64,000 bases of DNA from an uncultured Bacteroidota bacterium (GTDB taxonomy: Bacteria; Bacteroidota; Ignavibacteria; Kryptoniales; JAKASW01). The position numbers and the translations under genes were made by a program. The notes under the pieces are model-generated. The model made no database searches and had not been told where the DNA came from. It saw only the letters and a program-made list of their open reading frames with translations. Of this stretch, positions 10,783 to 19,881 are shown one piece after another (the stretch's first letter is position 1; each line of letters begins with the position of its first letter). The DNA is taken from assembly GCA_963808245.1 (NCBI GenBank), contig CAWEES010000002.1:824177-888176 (forward strand), in the 5' to 3' direction.

Positions 10783-10963
10783 TCGTAACTCCCGGCTTAA
10801 TAGCTATGTTAAAAAATCAAAATGTCTTGCGTGCAACGCATGGTGGTACAGAGTCGTGGCATATATTTGTATTTTGAACGGCGCGGATCTTGCCCCTGAT
10901 TCATTACGTTCGTTCATGAAATCAAGCCCATATCTCGCTCCTCAAGGCGTATCCGGTGGGTAT

Positions 10964-11737
10964 CTATTTCAACTCGAAGAGGAATTTCGCCAGTTCTCCC
11001 ACTAACTCCGCCGGTGATCCTATCCAATATTTCGCAGCGGTCCTCCGGTATTTCTTCCCGACAAAAACGCTCATCCCGCCTAATTCATTTACTCTTCTGA
11101 ATCCGTACTCATCCGTCGTATCGTCACCGAAGAATATCGGCAGCCCGGTTCTTTTTACCCTTCGCATAATTATCTCGATAGCATCGCCCTTGTCCCAGTC
11201 GACAGGTGCTTTTATCTCAACTACTTTCTTTCCGTGAAACACATCTATTTTCCCCCTGCGAAGCGGCTCCGAAATAATTTCGTTCAGCAAGCCTAAGAGC
11301 GGTTTTACTTTAACGGGCGCGACAGTGCGATAGTGAATGGAGACAGAGTAAATTTTAGAGTTTATCCTCGGTCGGTAAGGCCGAAGCTCACCTTCTATTC
11401 TTTTAGCAAGCGAAGTAATGTAAGAGGAAGATTTCGCTGAATTTGGCTCAACGAATTTCAATCCGGGCCCTTCGATTTCCACCCCGTGATTTCCCGAATA
11501 ATAGATACCTCTTATTCTCACAAGACTTTTTAATTCGCTAAGCTTTCGACCGCTAATAATTCCGACCGCCGATATCTTCGATAGCTCCTCAATAGCATGT
11601 CTCGCTATCGGCCTTAATCCGGCTTCTTCCGACGTTGGAACAATGTCTGCCAACGTCCCATCAAAGTCGAAAAAGAAAACGGGGATTTTGTCGGCAGCTT
11701 TTAAAAGAATTTTGTACGTGAATTTAGCAATAGACAT
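10964..11737 (-). CDS. otsB: Trehalose-6-phosphate phosphatase (HAD)
   Basis: FDFDGTL, ISGR, GNHGVE, WDKG, GDDTTDE. Confidence 0.92.
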   Translation of the reverse strand: MSIAKFTYKILLKAADKIPVFFFDFDGTLADIVPTSEEAGLRPIARHAIEELSKISAVGIISGRKLSELKSLVRIRGIYYSGNHGVEIEGPGLKFVEPNSAKSSSYITSLAKRIEGELRPYRPRINSKIYSVSIHYRTVAPVKVKPLLGLLNEIISEPLRRGKIDVFHGKKVVEIKAPVDWDKGDAIEIIMRRVKRTGLPIFFGDDTTDEYGFRRVNELGGMSVFVGKKYRRTAAKYWIGSPAELVGELAKFLFELK

Positions 11738-11835
11738 TCAAACTCGTTTCTAAAAAATGACGTCACAACGATATTCAATATGTTTGTGTTAATAAAACCA
11801 TTCCTAACGGCTAAAAGCTAATTGCAAACCGCCGC

Positions 11836-13056
11836 CTATAAATACTCAATGTCCTTATCATGGAACAGCGAAAGCGCAAGCAAAAGATAATCCCGCAGAT
11901 GTCGGGTAATCAGGAAATTTTGCCGTATATGTTCCCTGCCGTTTTTGCCAAGCTCTTCCGCAAAGTCCGGCTCATTGATCAGCTGCTTCATCCAGTATGC
12001 GGTTCCTTCGATGCTATGAGTCAGAATCCCGCTGTACTTATGTTTGACCTGCAGTGGAATCCCCCCCACCGCAGAAGCGATGACAGGCTTGGATTTCCAG
12101 AGCCCTTCCGCAACGGTCAATCCGAAACCTTCCTTCAACGACTTTTGCAGGATGACGCTCGAACCCCGCTGCAAGGCGTTTATTTCCAAATCACTCGAAG
12201 GAGGAAGGAGAAGCACGAATATATCTTTGTCGCCTTCGGCAGCCTGCCTGACTTCGCTCAAGACTTTTTCACCTTCCGGATCGTCCGTGGCGCCGCCGCC
12301 CGCGAGAACAAGCTGGCTGTCTATGTATCTTTTGATCAGTTTATAAGCTTTGATAACACCGACAGGATCTTTAAGATAATCGAAACGAGAGATCTGCGTG
12401 ATGACCGGACGGGACCTGTCGATCTTGAATCTCTCGAAGACGCTGTTGATATATGGCTCATCAAGGTCGCGATTCTTATCGCTTAACGGGTCGATTGACG
12501 GAGAGATCAGGAATTGCCTCGTCCTTAGCGGCCGGCTGAAAGCAGGAGCGGAAAAAATCGCCCCGTCGAATCTCTCTATGTAATCTTTCAGGAAGAGCCA
12601 GACATTTTCTCTCGGCTCGGAAAAATCTATGTGACATCGCCAGACCCATTTATTATCGAGATGAGTTCTCTCCTCGACCAACCCGATCGGCTGAGGGTCG
12701 TGTATGAATATCACGTTGCTGTCAAAATTCATCGTCCGGGCATTTTCCCTATCGACTTCCAGGAAATGATTCCATTCATCGTCTGTGAAACTTTCGTCCA
12801 CTCCATGCAGGGCATTATGCATTTTCTTCGTTATCGCGAAGAATCTCTCTCCTCCTTTTATGACATCCCATCTTGCCTGGACTCCCAGCTCGTTCATCAT
12901 CGGGACAAGACGTGTGAGGATTTCGGCAACGCCCCCGCCCACTGCGGTTGAATTGACATGCTGGATCGCCAGTGAATGCGCCTTGTCGCCAACCGTGAAC
13001 AGCTCGTCGATGATCGGCTTACCGACAATATCGATGTAATCTTTAACCTGGGCCAT
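11836..13056 (-). CDS. treT: Trehalose glycosyl-transferring synthase TreT (GT4)
   Basis: HVNSTAVGGGVAEIL, IHDPQP, WRCHID, SRFDYLKDP, KEGFGLTVAEGLWK. Confidence 0.88.
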   Translation of the reverse strand: MAQVKDYIDIVGKPIIDELFTVGDKAHSLAIQHVNSTAVGGGVAEILTRLVPMMNELGVQARWDVIKGGERFFAITKKMHNALHGVDESFTDDEWNHFLEVDRENARTMNFDSNVIFIHDPQPIGLVEERTHLDNKWVWRCHIDFSEPRENVWLFLKDYIERFDGAIFSAPAFSRPLRTRQFLISPSIDPLSDKNRDLDEPYINSVFERFKIDRSRPVITQISRFDYLKDPVGVIKAYKLIKRYIDSQLVLAGGGATDDPEGEKVLSEVRQAAEGDKDIFVLLLPPSSDLEINALQRGSSVILQKSLKEGFGLTVAEGLWKSKPVIASAVGGIPLQVKHKYSGILTHSIEGTAYWMKQLINEPDFAEELGKNGREHIRQNFLITRHLRDYLLLALSLFHDKDIEYL

Positions 13057-13702
13057 GGCCAACTATCCTCAGAAGTCTTTCTCTCAAGCCCTCAAGGGTG
13101 AAAGTGTAAGGGTCGAGTCGAGAGATCAGGTTCGCTTCCCTTTCCCTCCCAGCCTCACGAAGCCAGATCGAAAAATCATTATCGCCTTTCTCCAGCCGGA
13201 GCTTTGCCTCGAACATATGGAAATAAATAGAATGGATGCTTACGGTCTTCAGTCCCTCTCTGAATTCATTCACGTCGCCGGCAACCTTCCCTGTGGGAAC
13301 AACAAATATATGCGAGCTCATGAAGTGGAATTCTTCACCGTCAGGACATCTCCGCCTAACGCTGTGATCCACGGTCTTCAAATATTCGTCGAGCAGCTCA
13401 AGGAATCGCCGCCTGAGATCAGTCAGTTTGGTGAACTGCATAATGTCGATGCTTGCTAATTTTTCTCCCGCTACCTCATCATTAAGTTCATTTGTCGTCC
13501 AATATGCGAAATCGTTCGGCGGCTCCGGGGAAAGGAAATGATGCTGCTGCAAGAACCGATGCGTGTGATGATAAATGGACGAGAGCGGTACCGTCTTTAT
13601 CCCGTCCACCAGCTCAGGGAGTGTAGCTGCCCTTCGCCCGAGGAGTTCGGTGAGCACCAATCTCGATTTGAATTCAAAAGGCGTGGCGGTCACCTCACTC
13701 AC
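13043..13702 (-). CDS. DUF5752 / OrfY-like TreT-associated protein
   Basis: Two-fold internal repeat (SIYHH...NDFAYW; SIYFH...NDFSIW), located immediately upstream of treT. Confidence 0.75.
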   Translation of the reverse strand: MSEVTATPFEFKSRLVLTELLGRRAATLPELVDGIKTVPLSSIYHHTHRFLQQHHFLSPEPPNDFAYWTTNELNDEVAGEKLASIDIMQFTKLTDLRRRFLELLDEYLKTVDHSVRRRCPDGEEFHFMSSHIFVVPTGKVAGDVNEFREGLKTVSIHSIYFHMFEAKLRLEKGDNDFSIWLREAGREREANLISRLDPYTFTLEGLRERLLRIVGHGPG

Positions 13703-14717
13703 CTTCTTTATTCATGTACAGTGTACGAACCGGGAACGGGATGACGATACCTTCCTTATCGTACCTCTCTTTGAGTCTTTTTATAAACTCGTGCTTCATT
13801 AGATACTGGTCCACGTAAGTATTCCCGCGGAGAATTACTGAAAATTTTATCGCGGAATCTCCGAACTCGTTGTAGCGTACAAACGGCTCGAAATCCTTTT
13901 GCGCGCCCTTAACTGTTTTCTGGATGTCGCGGGCAACGTCAACTGTGATGGCCTCCACTTTCCGCAAATCACTCGAATAATCCACACCGAGATTAAACGA
14001 TATGGATACATCCGGCTTGGGTTTTTCGAAATTTGTTACAATAAGATTATCGATGTTTTTGTTCGGGACAATTACATGATTTCCCGAAAGCGTTCTGATT
14101 ACCGTCGCACGCCAATTTAAATCTTCAACGAAGCCTTCATCGCCGCTGCTAAGCCGGATATAATTTCCGACCTGTATTTGTCTGGCGACGAGTATCTGCA
14201 ATCCCGAGAAGAAATTTGATAGCGTCTCCTGCATTCCAAGTCCGATTGCAATGCCGCCGACACCCAATGCGGTCAGCATGGGAGCTATCGATACGTGCAA
14301 ATCGTCCAGGATGATGAGAATGCCTGTCGAATAAACAACAATCCTTACCACGTTTTTCAAAAGACTCGTCGCCGACGCGAGTCCTTCGATGACCGATTTA
14401 TAATACTCGACCATCTCAGTGCCGATATGAGACACGGCCACCGTTACCGAAAATATTACAAGAACCCCAAGGGTTTTCGCAAAATTCTCGCTCGCATCGC
14501 GTGGAAGGCCCTGAGTCTGGATCAGAATGTAAACCCCCAGCGCAAGCGACCAAAATAAAACGGAGCTTCTCAATGCACCGATGACAATATCGTCGAACCG
14601 CCACCTGGTCTTTTTTGCTAATCTTTGCAGGATAACGAGGACACCGTTCCGGAGAAAGATTCCGGCAATGAGTGAACCGACGATAACCGCCAACGGGACA
14701 ATCAACTGTTCAACCAT
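13695..14717 (-). CDS. mscS: MscS small-conductance mechanosensitive channel
   Basis: ALGVGGIAIGLGMQETLSNFFSG, G.VEDLNWRAT, VPN, GIVIPFP. Start uncertain (14717-14765). Confidence 0.9.
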   Translation of the reverse strand: MVEQLIVPLAVIVGSLIAGIFLRNGVLVILQRLAKKTRWRFDDIVIGALRSSVLFWSLALGVYILIQTQGLPRDASENFAKTLGVLVIFSVTVAVSHIGTEMVEYYKSVIEGLASATSLLKNVVRIVVYSTGILIILDDLHVSIAPMLTALGVGGIAIGLGMQETLSNFFSGLQILVARQIQVGNYIRLSSGDEGFVEDLNWRATVIRTLSGNHVIVPNKNIDNLIVTNFEKPKPDVSISFNLGVDYSSDLRKVEAITVDVARDIQKTVKGAQKDFEPFVRYNEFGDSAIKFSVILRGNTYVDQYLMKHEFIKRLKERYDKEGIVIPFPVRTLYMNKEGE

Positions 14718-16209
14718 TGATAACTTCAGCATCATACTCGACAAACTCGAAGTCAAATATTTCACTCAATAACTTAGCGGCCCATCTGTAAACGTTTTGG
14801 TGCCCCACTACTTCCCTCATCTTCAACATCCTCTTCTTTTGTTCCTCGGATGACATCTCGACCGCCGTCTTTATCGCACCGGCAATGCCATCAGTGTAGT
14901 ACGGATTAACCTGAAGTGCATCCGACAGTTCCCTGGCGGCGCCCGTGAACTCGCTGAGGACCAATGTTCCTGTCAAATCATTTTTTGAAGCGACAAATTC
15001 TTTTGCCACAAGGTTCATCCCATCATGAAGAGATGTGACCATCTCAATGTCTGCGATCCCATTCCATGCGGTTAACGATTCCTTGGAGTGATTAGCGCGA
15101 ACAAATATTATCGGCTTCCACCCCAAAGATTGGTATTTCTGGTTTATACTGATCATAAGATAATTCAGGGCATCGTTTAACTCTCTATATTCGGGAATTT
15201 GCATTCTGCTTAAGGCTCCTAATTGGACAAAGACGAACTTGCCGACATATTCCGGATTCATCTCCAGGAAACGATCGATTGCCTGGAACCTTTCCATTAT
15301 TCCTTTCGTGTAGTCGATCCGGTCAATACCGATGGCAACAATTTTGTTTTTCAAACGATATTTTAAAACAAGGTCCTGTCGAATATTTTCGATTTGTTTG
15401 TCGGATGAAAGCTGGGAGACCTGGTCGAGATCTATTCCGATAGGAAATGATCGCACCGTGGTTTTGCGACCGCCCTTCGTTATCTTCGACATATCATACT
15501 CTACCCGTGCCTCGAGAAACCGGTTAACGCTATCGAGAAAATTCATGACGTGAAATTGTGTTTGAAAGGCCAGGAGATCGTTGTACAAAAGGCTATCCAG
15601 CAGTTCTTCCTTGAAAGGGAGAATCCGTACCACTTCACTGTTGGGCCACGGGATATGCCAGAACTGGGCCGTGACGACATTTTTAACTCTTTCTTTCACC
15701 ATGCGGGCAAGATTTGCAAAGTGATAACCCTGTATGAACACAAACGCCGGTCGGTCGCCGGCTATTTCAGCGATCGCATCCGCAAATTTTCCCTGCACAG
15801 ATTTATACACCTGGTAATCGCCGGCCTCGAATTTCGGCCTTACATAAGCAACATGGCACAGCGGCCACAACCCCTTGTTGGCAAAATTATAGTAAAATCC
15901 GGTTTCCTCTTCCTTAGTCAGAAAGACCCGCTTCAGAGTAAATTCAGAACTACCCGGTGGACAGGCGAGTTCGTTCGCATTATTTATGACAAGCCTATCA
16001 GCTTCCCCGGAAGCCTGAGCAACCCAGTACCCCCCACTCGCTTCCATGATCGGACTAAGAGCGGTAACAAGTCCGCCGGGGGGAACGTAATATTTTATTT
16101 CATCGCCCTCGAAATAGTGGACATAAGGTTCGCGATTGGAGACAACTATAAGAAGCCGATCTCCGAGCTTGGATTTTATTAACTCTGATAATCTTCCTCT
16201 TGTCCACAT
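14710..16209 (-). CDS. otsA: Trehalose-6-phosphate synthase (GT20)
   Basis: [52 protein letters not shown]. Start ATG 16209. Confidence 0.9.
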   Translation of the reverse strand: MWTRGRLSELIKSKLGDRLLIVVSNREPYVHYFEGDEIKYYVPPGGLVTALSPIMEASGGYWVAQASGEADRLVINNANELACPPGSSEFTLKRVFLTKEEETGFYYNFANKGLWPLCHVAYVRPKFEAGDYQVYKSVQGKFADAIAEIAGDRPAFVFIQGYHFANLARMVKERVKNVVTAQFWHIPWPNSEVVRILPFKEELLDSLLYNDLLAFQTQFHVMNFLDSVNRFLEARVEYDMSKITKGGRKTTVRSFPIGIDLDQVSQLSSDKQIENIRQDLVLKYRLKNKIVAIGIDRIDYTKGIMERFQAIDRFLEMNPEYVGKFVFVQLGALSRMQIPEYRELNDALNYLMISINQKYQSLGWKPIIFVRANHSKESLTAWNGIADIEMVTSLHDGMNLVAKEFVASKNDLTGTLVLSEFTGAARELSDALQVNPYYTDGIAGAIKTAVEMSSEEQKKRMLKMREVVGHQNVYRWAAKLLSEIFDFEFVEYDAEVING

Positions 16210-16223
16210 ACTACCCAATATAT

Positions 16224-16297
16224 AAAAAAAAGACAAAAGTCAAAGGTTAAAACTTTTTCAGAATTCTTTCGAATTCTTATTATTAACCTTTGACTTT
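16224..16297 (-). terminator. ssrA terminator-like hairpin (15-bp perfect stem, 32-nt loop, T-tract)
   Basis: AAAGTCAAAGGTTAA (16236-16250) pairs with TTAACCTTTGACTTT (16283-16297). An 8-T run follows on the - strand. Confidence 0.6.
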
Positions 16298-16302
16298 ATT
16301 TA

Positions 16303-16667
16303 TGGTGGAGATGCGGGGACTCGAACCCCGGTCCGAAGATAGGACTCAATGAGCCTCTACGTGCATAGCTTCGACCAAAAATTTCACCGGACACTGCTCG
16401 CGAAGCAGAGTTGCGTCCAGCAATCCCGACAGATTATTTCCGGTCAGCCGTCGAGAACTTCCGACCGGAAAGCCTGCCTGAGCGACGCCCAGTTCAGTGC
16501 CGACAGACAGAACCTCTGAGTGGACGGGTTACCTTTTTTTAATTAGGCAGCCAATGCGTAGTTATAGTTCGCATTTACAGTTTTACCGATTTTTTAACGC
16601 GGCACCGGAAAACCGCGGCGCGCAACTCATCGTTTCCCAGATCCCCGTCGATTCCAATGTCATCCCC
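16303..16667 (-). ncRNA. ssrA: tmRNA
   Basis: 5' GGGGATGAC..GGAATCGAC, 3' GGACCGGGGTTCGAGTCCCCGCATCTCCACCA, and internal tag ORF ANYNYALAA*. Confidence 0.96.
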
Positions 16668-16746
16668 AAATTCAATTAATGGAATTACTTCAACAGAAAA
16701 ATCCGATTCGCCGAACTTTTTTAGGACGGAAACTAGTTCAACATTT

Positions 16747-17013
16747 TCAAAGAACAGACATTTCGGATATCTTATTGACCAAAACCGCCGCATCTTGTAA
16801 ACTAATTTTACCGACGGATCGTTCCAGCTCGTGGGCCGTAGTGGAAATTTCAGGATAACCGAAGGATTTTGCCGTACCTCCTATTTGATGCGATATCTTG
16901 CAGATCGTATCCCAGTTCGAATTGACTAAGGCCGTTTGCAGTGTCTTTATCTTCTCTGCCAAATCCTCGGCAAACAGATTTCTCAACTCCTCAAAGCCGC
17001 TGTCGTCACTCAC
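16747..17013 (-). CDS. Stand-alone Hpt (histidine phosphotransfer) protein
   Basis: SHQIGGTAKSFGYPEISTTAHELE matches the H-x-(L/I)-x-G-x-A Hpt motif. Confidence 0.8.
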   Translation of the reverse strand: MSDDSGFEELRNLFAEDLAEKIKTLQTALVNSNWDTICKISHQIGGTAKSFGYPEISTTAHELERSVGKISLQDAAVLVNKISEMSVL

Positions 17014-17375
17014 GAGTTATATATTTCCAAAATCTGATTCGCAAAAGTTTTCGGTTCGATAGGCTTCGGCAGATAACCGTCGAAACCCGCCCCCTCAAAT
17101 CTCTCTTTGTCGCCGCGCATCGTATAAGCGGTCAGGGCAATTACCGTAATTTCTTTTGTCAAAGCGTTTTCGCGAATGCGTTTGAGAACCTCCATGCCGT
17201 CGATTTCCGGAAGTTGAATGTCAAGAAGAATAACATCCGGTGATTGCTTGGTGAGGAATTCGAAGACTTGTTTGCCGGAATCGGCCTCGAAGACATTATA
17301 GCCGCTCTTCTTTAGCAAATAAACGGCAAGCTGCCTGTTTATGGCATTATCGTCAACAACTAAAATGTCTCGCAT
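17010..17375 (-). CDS. Single-domain response regulator (CheY/DivK-like)
   Basis: ILVVDDN, LLDIQLP.IDG, IALTA, YLPKPI. Confidence 0.92.
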   Translation of the reverse strand: MRDILVVDDNAINRQLAVYLLKKSGYNVFEADSGKQVFEFLTKQSPDVILLDIQLPEIDGMEVLKRIRENALTKEITVIALTAYTMRGDKERFEGAGFDGYLPKPIEPKTFANQILEIYNS

Positions 17376-17433
17376 GTATCTCCTTCTTAAAATATACTAT
17401 GCTCAGAGCGCAAAGGCAATCACCGGAACGGGG

Positions 17434-19698
17434 TCACTGGTTCATATCCAGCTTCCCGCAGTCTCCTTTGAGATAAAGATCCAAATACTCATCGTAGGTT
17501 TTCAATAAAAGCAAGTAGGTTGCAAAGCTATAAACCGCACCGTGAGCGCCGGGAGGAAAAATACGAAGATCGACGTCTTTGCCTGCATTCTCTAACGCTG
17601 TCAGCAGATGCATGGTATTTATCGGGTGCACATTATCATCCATCATCGAGTGTACGAGAAGTAGTTTCCCTTTAAGGCTGTCCGCGTAGGTCATCGCTGA
17701 ACTCTTGACATAGCCCGAGTCATTGTCAGGAAGCAACCCCATGTAGCGTTCGGTATAAATATCATCGTACAACCGCCAATCGGTTACCGGGGAATTCGCA
17801 ATCCCGACTTTGAAAACTCCGGGGTGAGTGAGCATCGTAAAGACTGTGCTGTAGCCGCCATAACTCGTACCCATTATCGCCATCTCGTTTCCGTTAACGT
17901 AAGGAAGGGAGGACAGGTAATGCGCCGTCTCTACAAAGTCGTGGCTTTCCCAGTACCCGAGATTTTTATAGACAATTTTCATGAAAGCGCTCCCGTAGTT
18001 TGCAATCCCGCGATTGTTGACGTCCACAACGATGTACCCCTCTTGCGCAAGCCACTGGTCCCAACCTGAATAATCGAATGAGTTATAAACCGAGTGCGAT
18101 TCCGGCCCGCCATATATCGCGAGAATAACCGGATACTTCCTGGTCGAATCAAAATTAAACGGCTTTACCATGGAACAGTCCAATTTAACAGAGTCGGATG
18201 TCGTGAAGCTGAAAAGCTCACGCGGAGAATACTCGTGTGTCTGAATGAATTCACTGACCGAGGCATTGTCTTGAAGTTTTTTAATCATTTTGCCGCCGGT
18301 ATCCCATAGCTCAACCTGCCGCGGCTGTTCTGTATTTGAATATGTGTCGATATAGTACCTGCTGTTCGGCGACATATCGAACTGGTGAAAGCCCGACGCA
18401 TTCGACAATCTCTCCTCATTTGTGCCGTCGAATTTTATGGAGTAAAGATTCTCTTCTAACGGAGATGCCTCGGCGGATGTGTAATAAATAGTCTTGCTTT
18501 CGGTATCGATCCCGAAGACTTTTACGACCTCCCAGTTCCCATCTGTCACACGATTCATGAGCGTACCATCATAATTGTATCGATATATTTGGTAATATCC
18601 GCTTCTGTCCGAGACCCAGAAAAATTGATGCAGTGACTGCGGGAAAAACATCATATCGTTTACGTCCGTGTAAAAATTAAAAATTGCCACCCAGGTATTA
18701 TTTTTCTCTTCCATGACGAGCCGGCGATTTCCGTTTGTCACATCGAAGAAATAAAGTTTGAGATCGTTTTGTGCGCGATTGAGAACGATCATAGCGAGAG
18801 TATTCAGTTCACTTGTCCAATAAATTCTTGGAATGTAGAAATCCCCCGTTTCGCCCGTATCAAGCCAGATATTCTTTTGGGTCTTTACGTCAACTACGCC
18901 AATTCGAACTTTAGGATTTGGATCGCCAACCTGGGGAATGGGAATTTTATCCCATTCGTTGTGCAACCCTTCGTAATTTGAGATTTGTATCAGAGGTACG
19001 GGACTTTCGTCGAACTGCCAATAAGCGATGTGCTTATTATCGGGCGACCAGTTCCACGCCTGTGCTTGTCCGAACTCTTCTTCATAAACCCAATCGTAGT
19101 GGCCGTTAAAAATATTCTCAGTTGCGTCCTTAGTCAGCTGCGTCTCTTTCTTCGAACCGAAATCGTAGACAAACATATTTCCGCCTCTCTCGTAACCGAC
19201 CATTGATCCATCGGGAGAAAGCTCGGCTGTCCGCGCGTCCTTCGCTGCGGTTTTCAATGAACCATTATCAAGCGAATAAACGTAATAATCTGAAATGCCT
19301 GACCGCCTGTAAATTTTCCTGAAGTTCGTTTCGAACAGGAGGTGTTTCGAGTCATGTGCCCATTGGAATGATTGATATTCAAACTGTTTGTTCGTATCAG
19401 GAAAAGTCAATCCTTCAGCATCAAACACGAGACCGTCCTTTCCTGTCTCCGGATTAAAGGATCGTATTTCTTCGCGCTTCGTGGAGTCATTGACGGAAAT
19501 GTAGGAGTACTGGTTGCCGCCATCGATCCAATTCAAGCTTCGCGGCGCCGATTTTCCCGCCAATGCCGCGGTCGCACGCATTGCTTCTTGAATATTCTTA
19601 TAACCGACTTTCTCCTGTGCACGCACAAAGCCGGTCATGAAAAGTACCGCCATCGTGATTGACAATGAATGTTTGCCAAATATCATCATCTTACTCAC
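17434..19698 (-). CDS. Dipeptidyl peptidase IV (S9B), secreted
   Basis: DWVYEEEF, GTSYGG nucleophile, DDNVH, GAH, and a signal peptide. Confidence 0.92.
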   Translation of the reverse strand: MSKMMIFGKHSLSITMAVLFMTGFVRAQEKVGYKNIQEAMRATAALAGKSAPRSLNWIDGGNQYSYISVNDSTKREEIRSFNPETGKDGLVFDAEGLTFPDTNKQFEYQSFQWAHDSKHLLFETNFRKIYRRSGISDYYVYSLDNGSLKTAAKDARTAELSPDGSMVGYERGGNMFVYDFGSKKETQLTKDATENIFNGHYDWVYEEEFGQAQAWNWSPDNKHIAYWQFDESPVPLIQISNYEGLHNEWDKIPIPQVGDPNPKVRIGVVDVKTQKNIWLDTGETGDFYIPRIYWTSELNTLAMIVLNRAQNDLKLYFFDVTNGNRRLVMEEKNNTWVAIFNFYTDVNDMMFFPQSLHQFFWVSDRSGYYQIYRYNYDGTLMNRVTDGNWEVVKVFGIDTESKTIYYTSAEASPLEENLYSIKFDGTNEERLSNASGFHQFDMSPNSRYYIDTYSNTEQPRQVELWDTGGKMIKKLQDNASVSEFIQTHEYSPRELFSFTTSDSVKLDCSMVKPFNFDSTRKYPVILAIYGGPESHSVYNSFDYSGWDQWLAQEGYIVVDVNNRGIANYGSAFMKIVYKNLGYWESHDFVETAHYLSSLPYVNGNEMAIMGTSYGGYSTVFTMLTHPGVFKVGIANSPVTDWRLYDDIYTERYMGLLPDNDSGYVKSSAMTYADSLKGKLLLVHSMMDDNVHPINTMHLLTALENAGKDVDLRIFPPGAHGAVYSFATYLLLLKTYDEYLDLYLKGDCGKLDMNQ

Positions 19699-19881
19699 CT
19701 CTTTTTGGAAATAACTTCGTAATGTTGAAGGAAATATTCTGGCCTGAAGATGCGGCCATGCAGTAATTGGAAATCATTTTAAGAACAGGGAAAGTTACTC
19801 GATGGGGGATCAATTCACAAGTGGGAGGCACAAAATGTGCTTAGTTTCTTCTTAAAACGTTGAAAGCGGCACTTCTCGTTT

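Noticed and set aside
16236-16330. ssrA-integrated element or MITE
   Set aside because: No integrase, att duplication or second copy. The inverted repeat plus T-tract is explained as a terminator.
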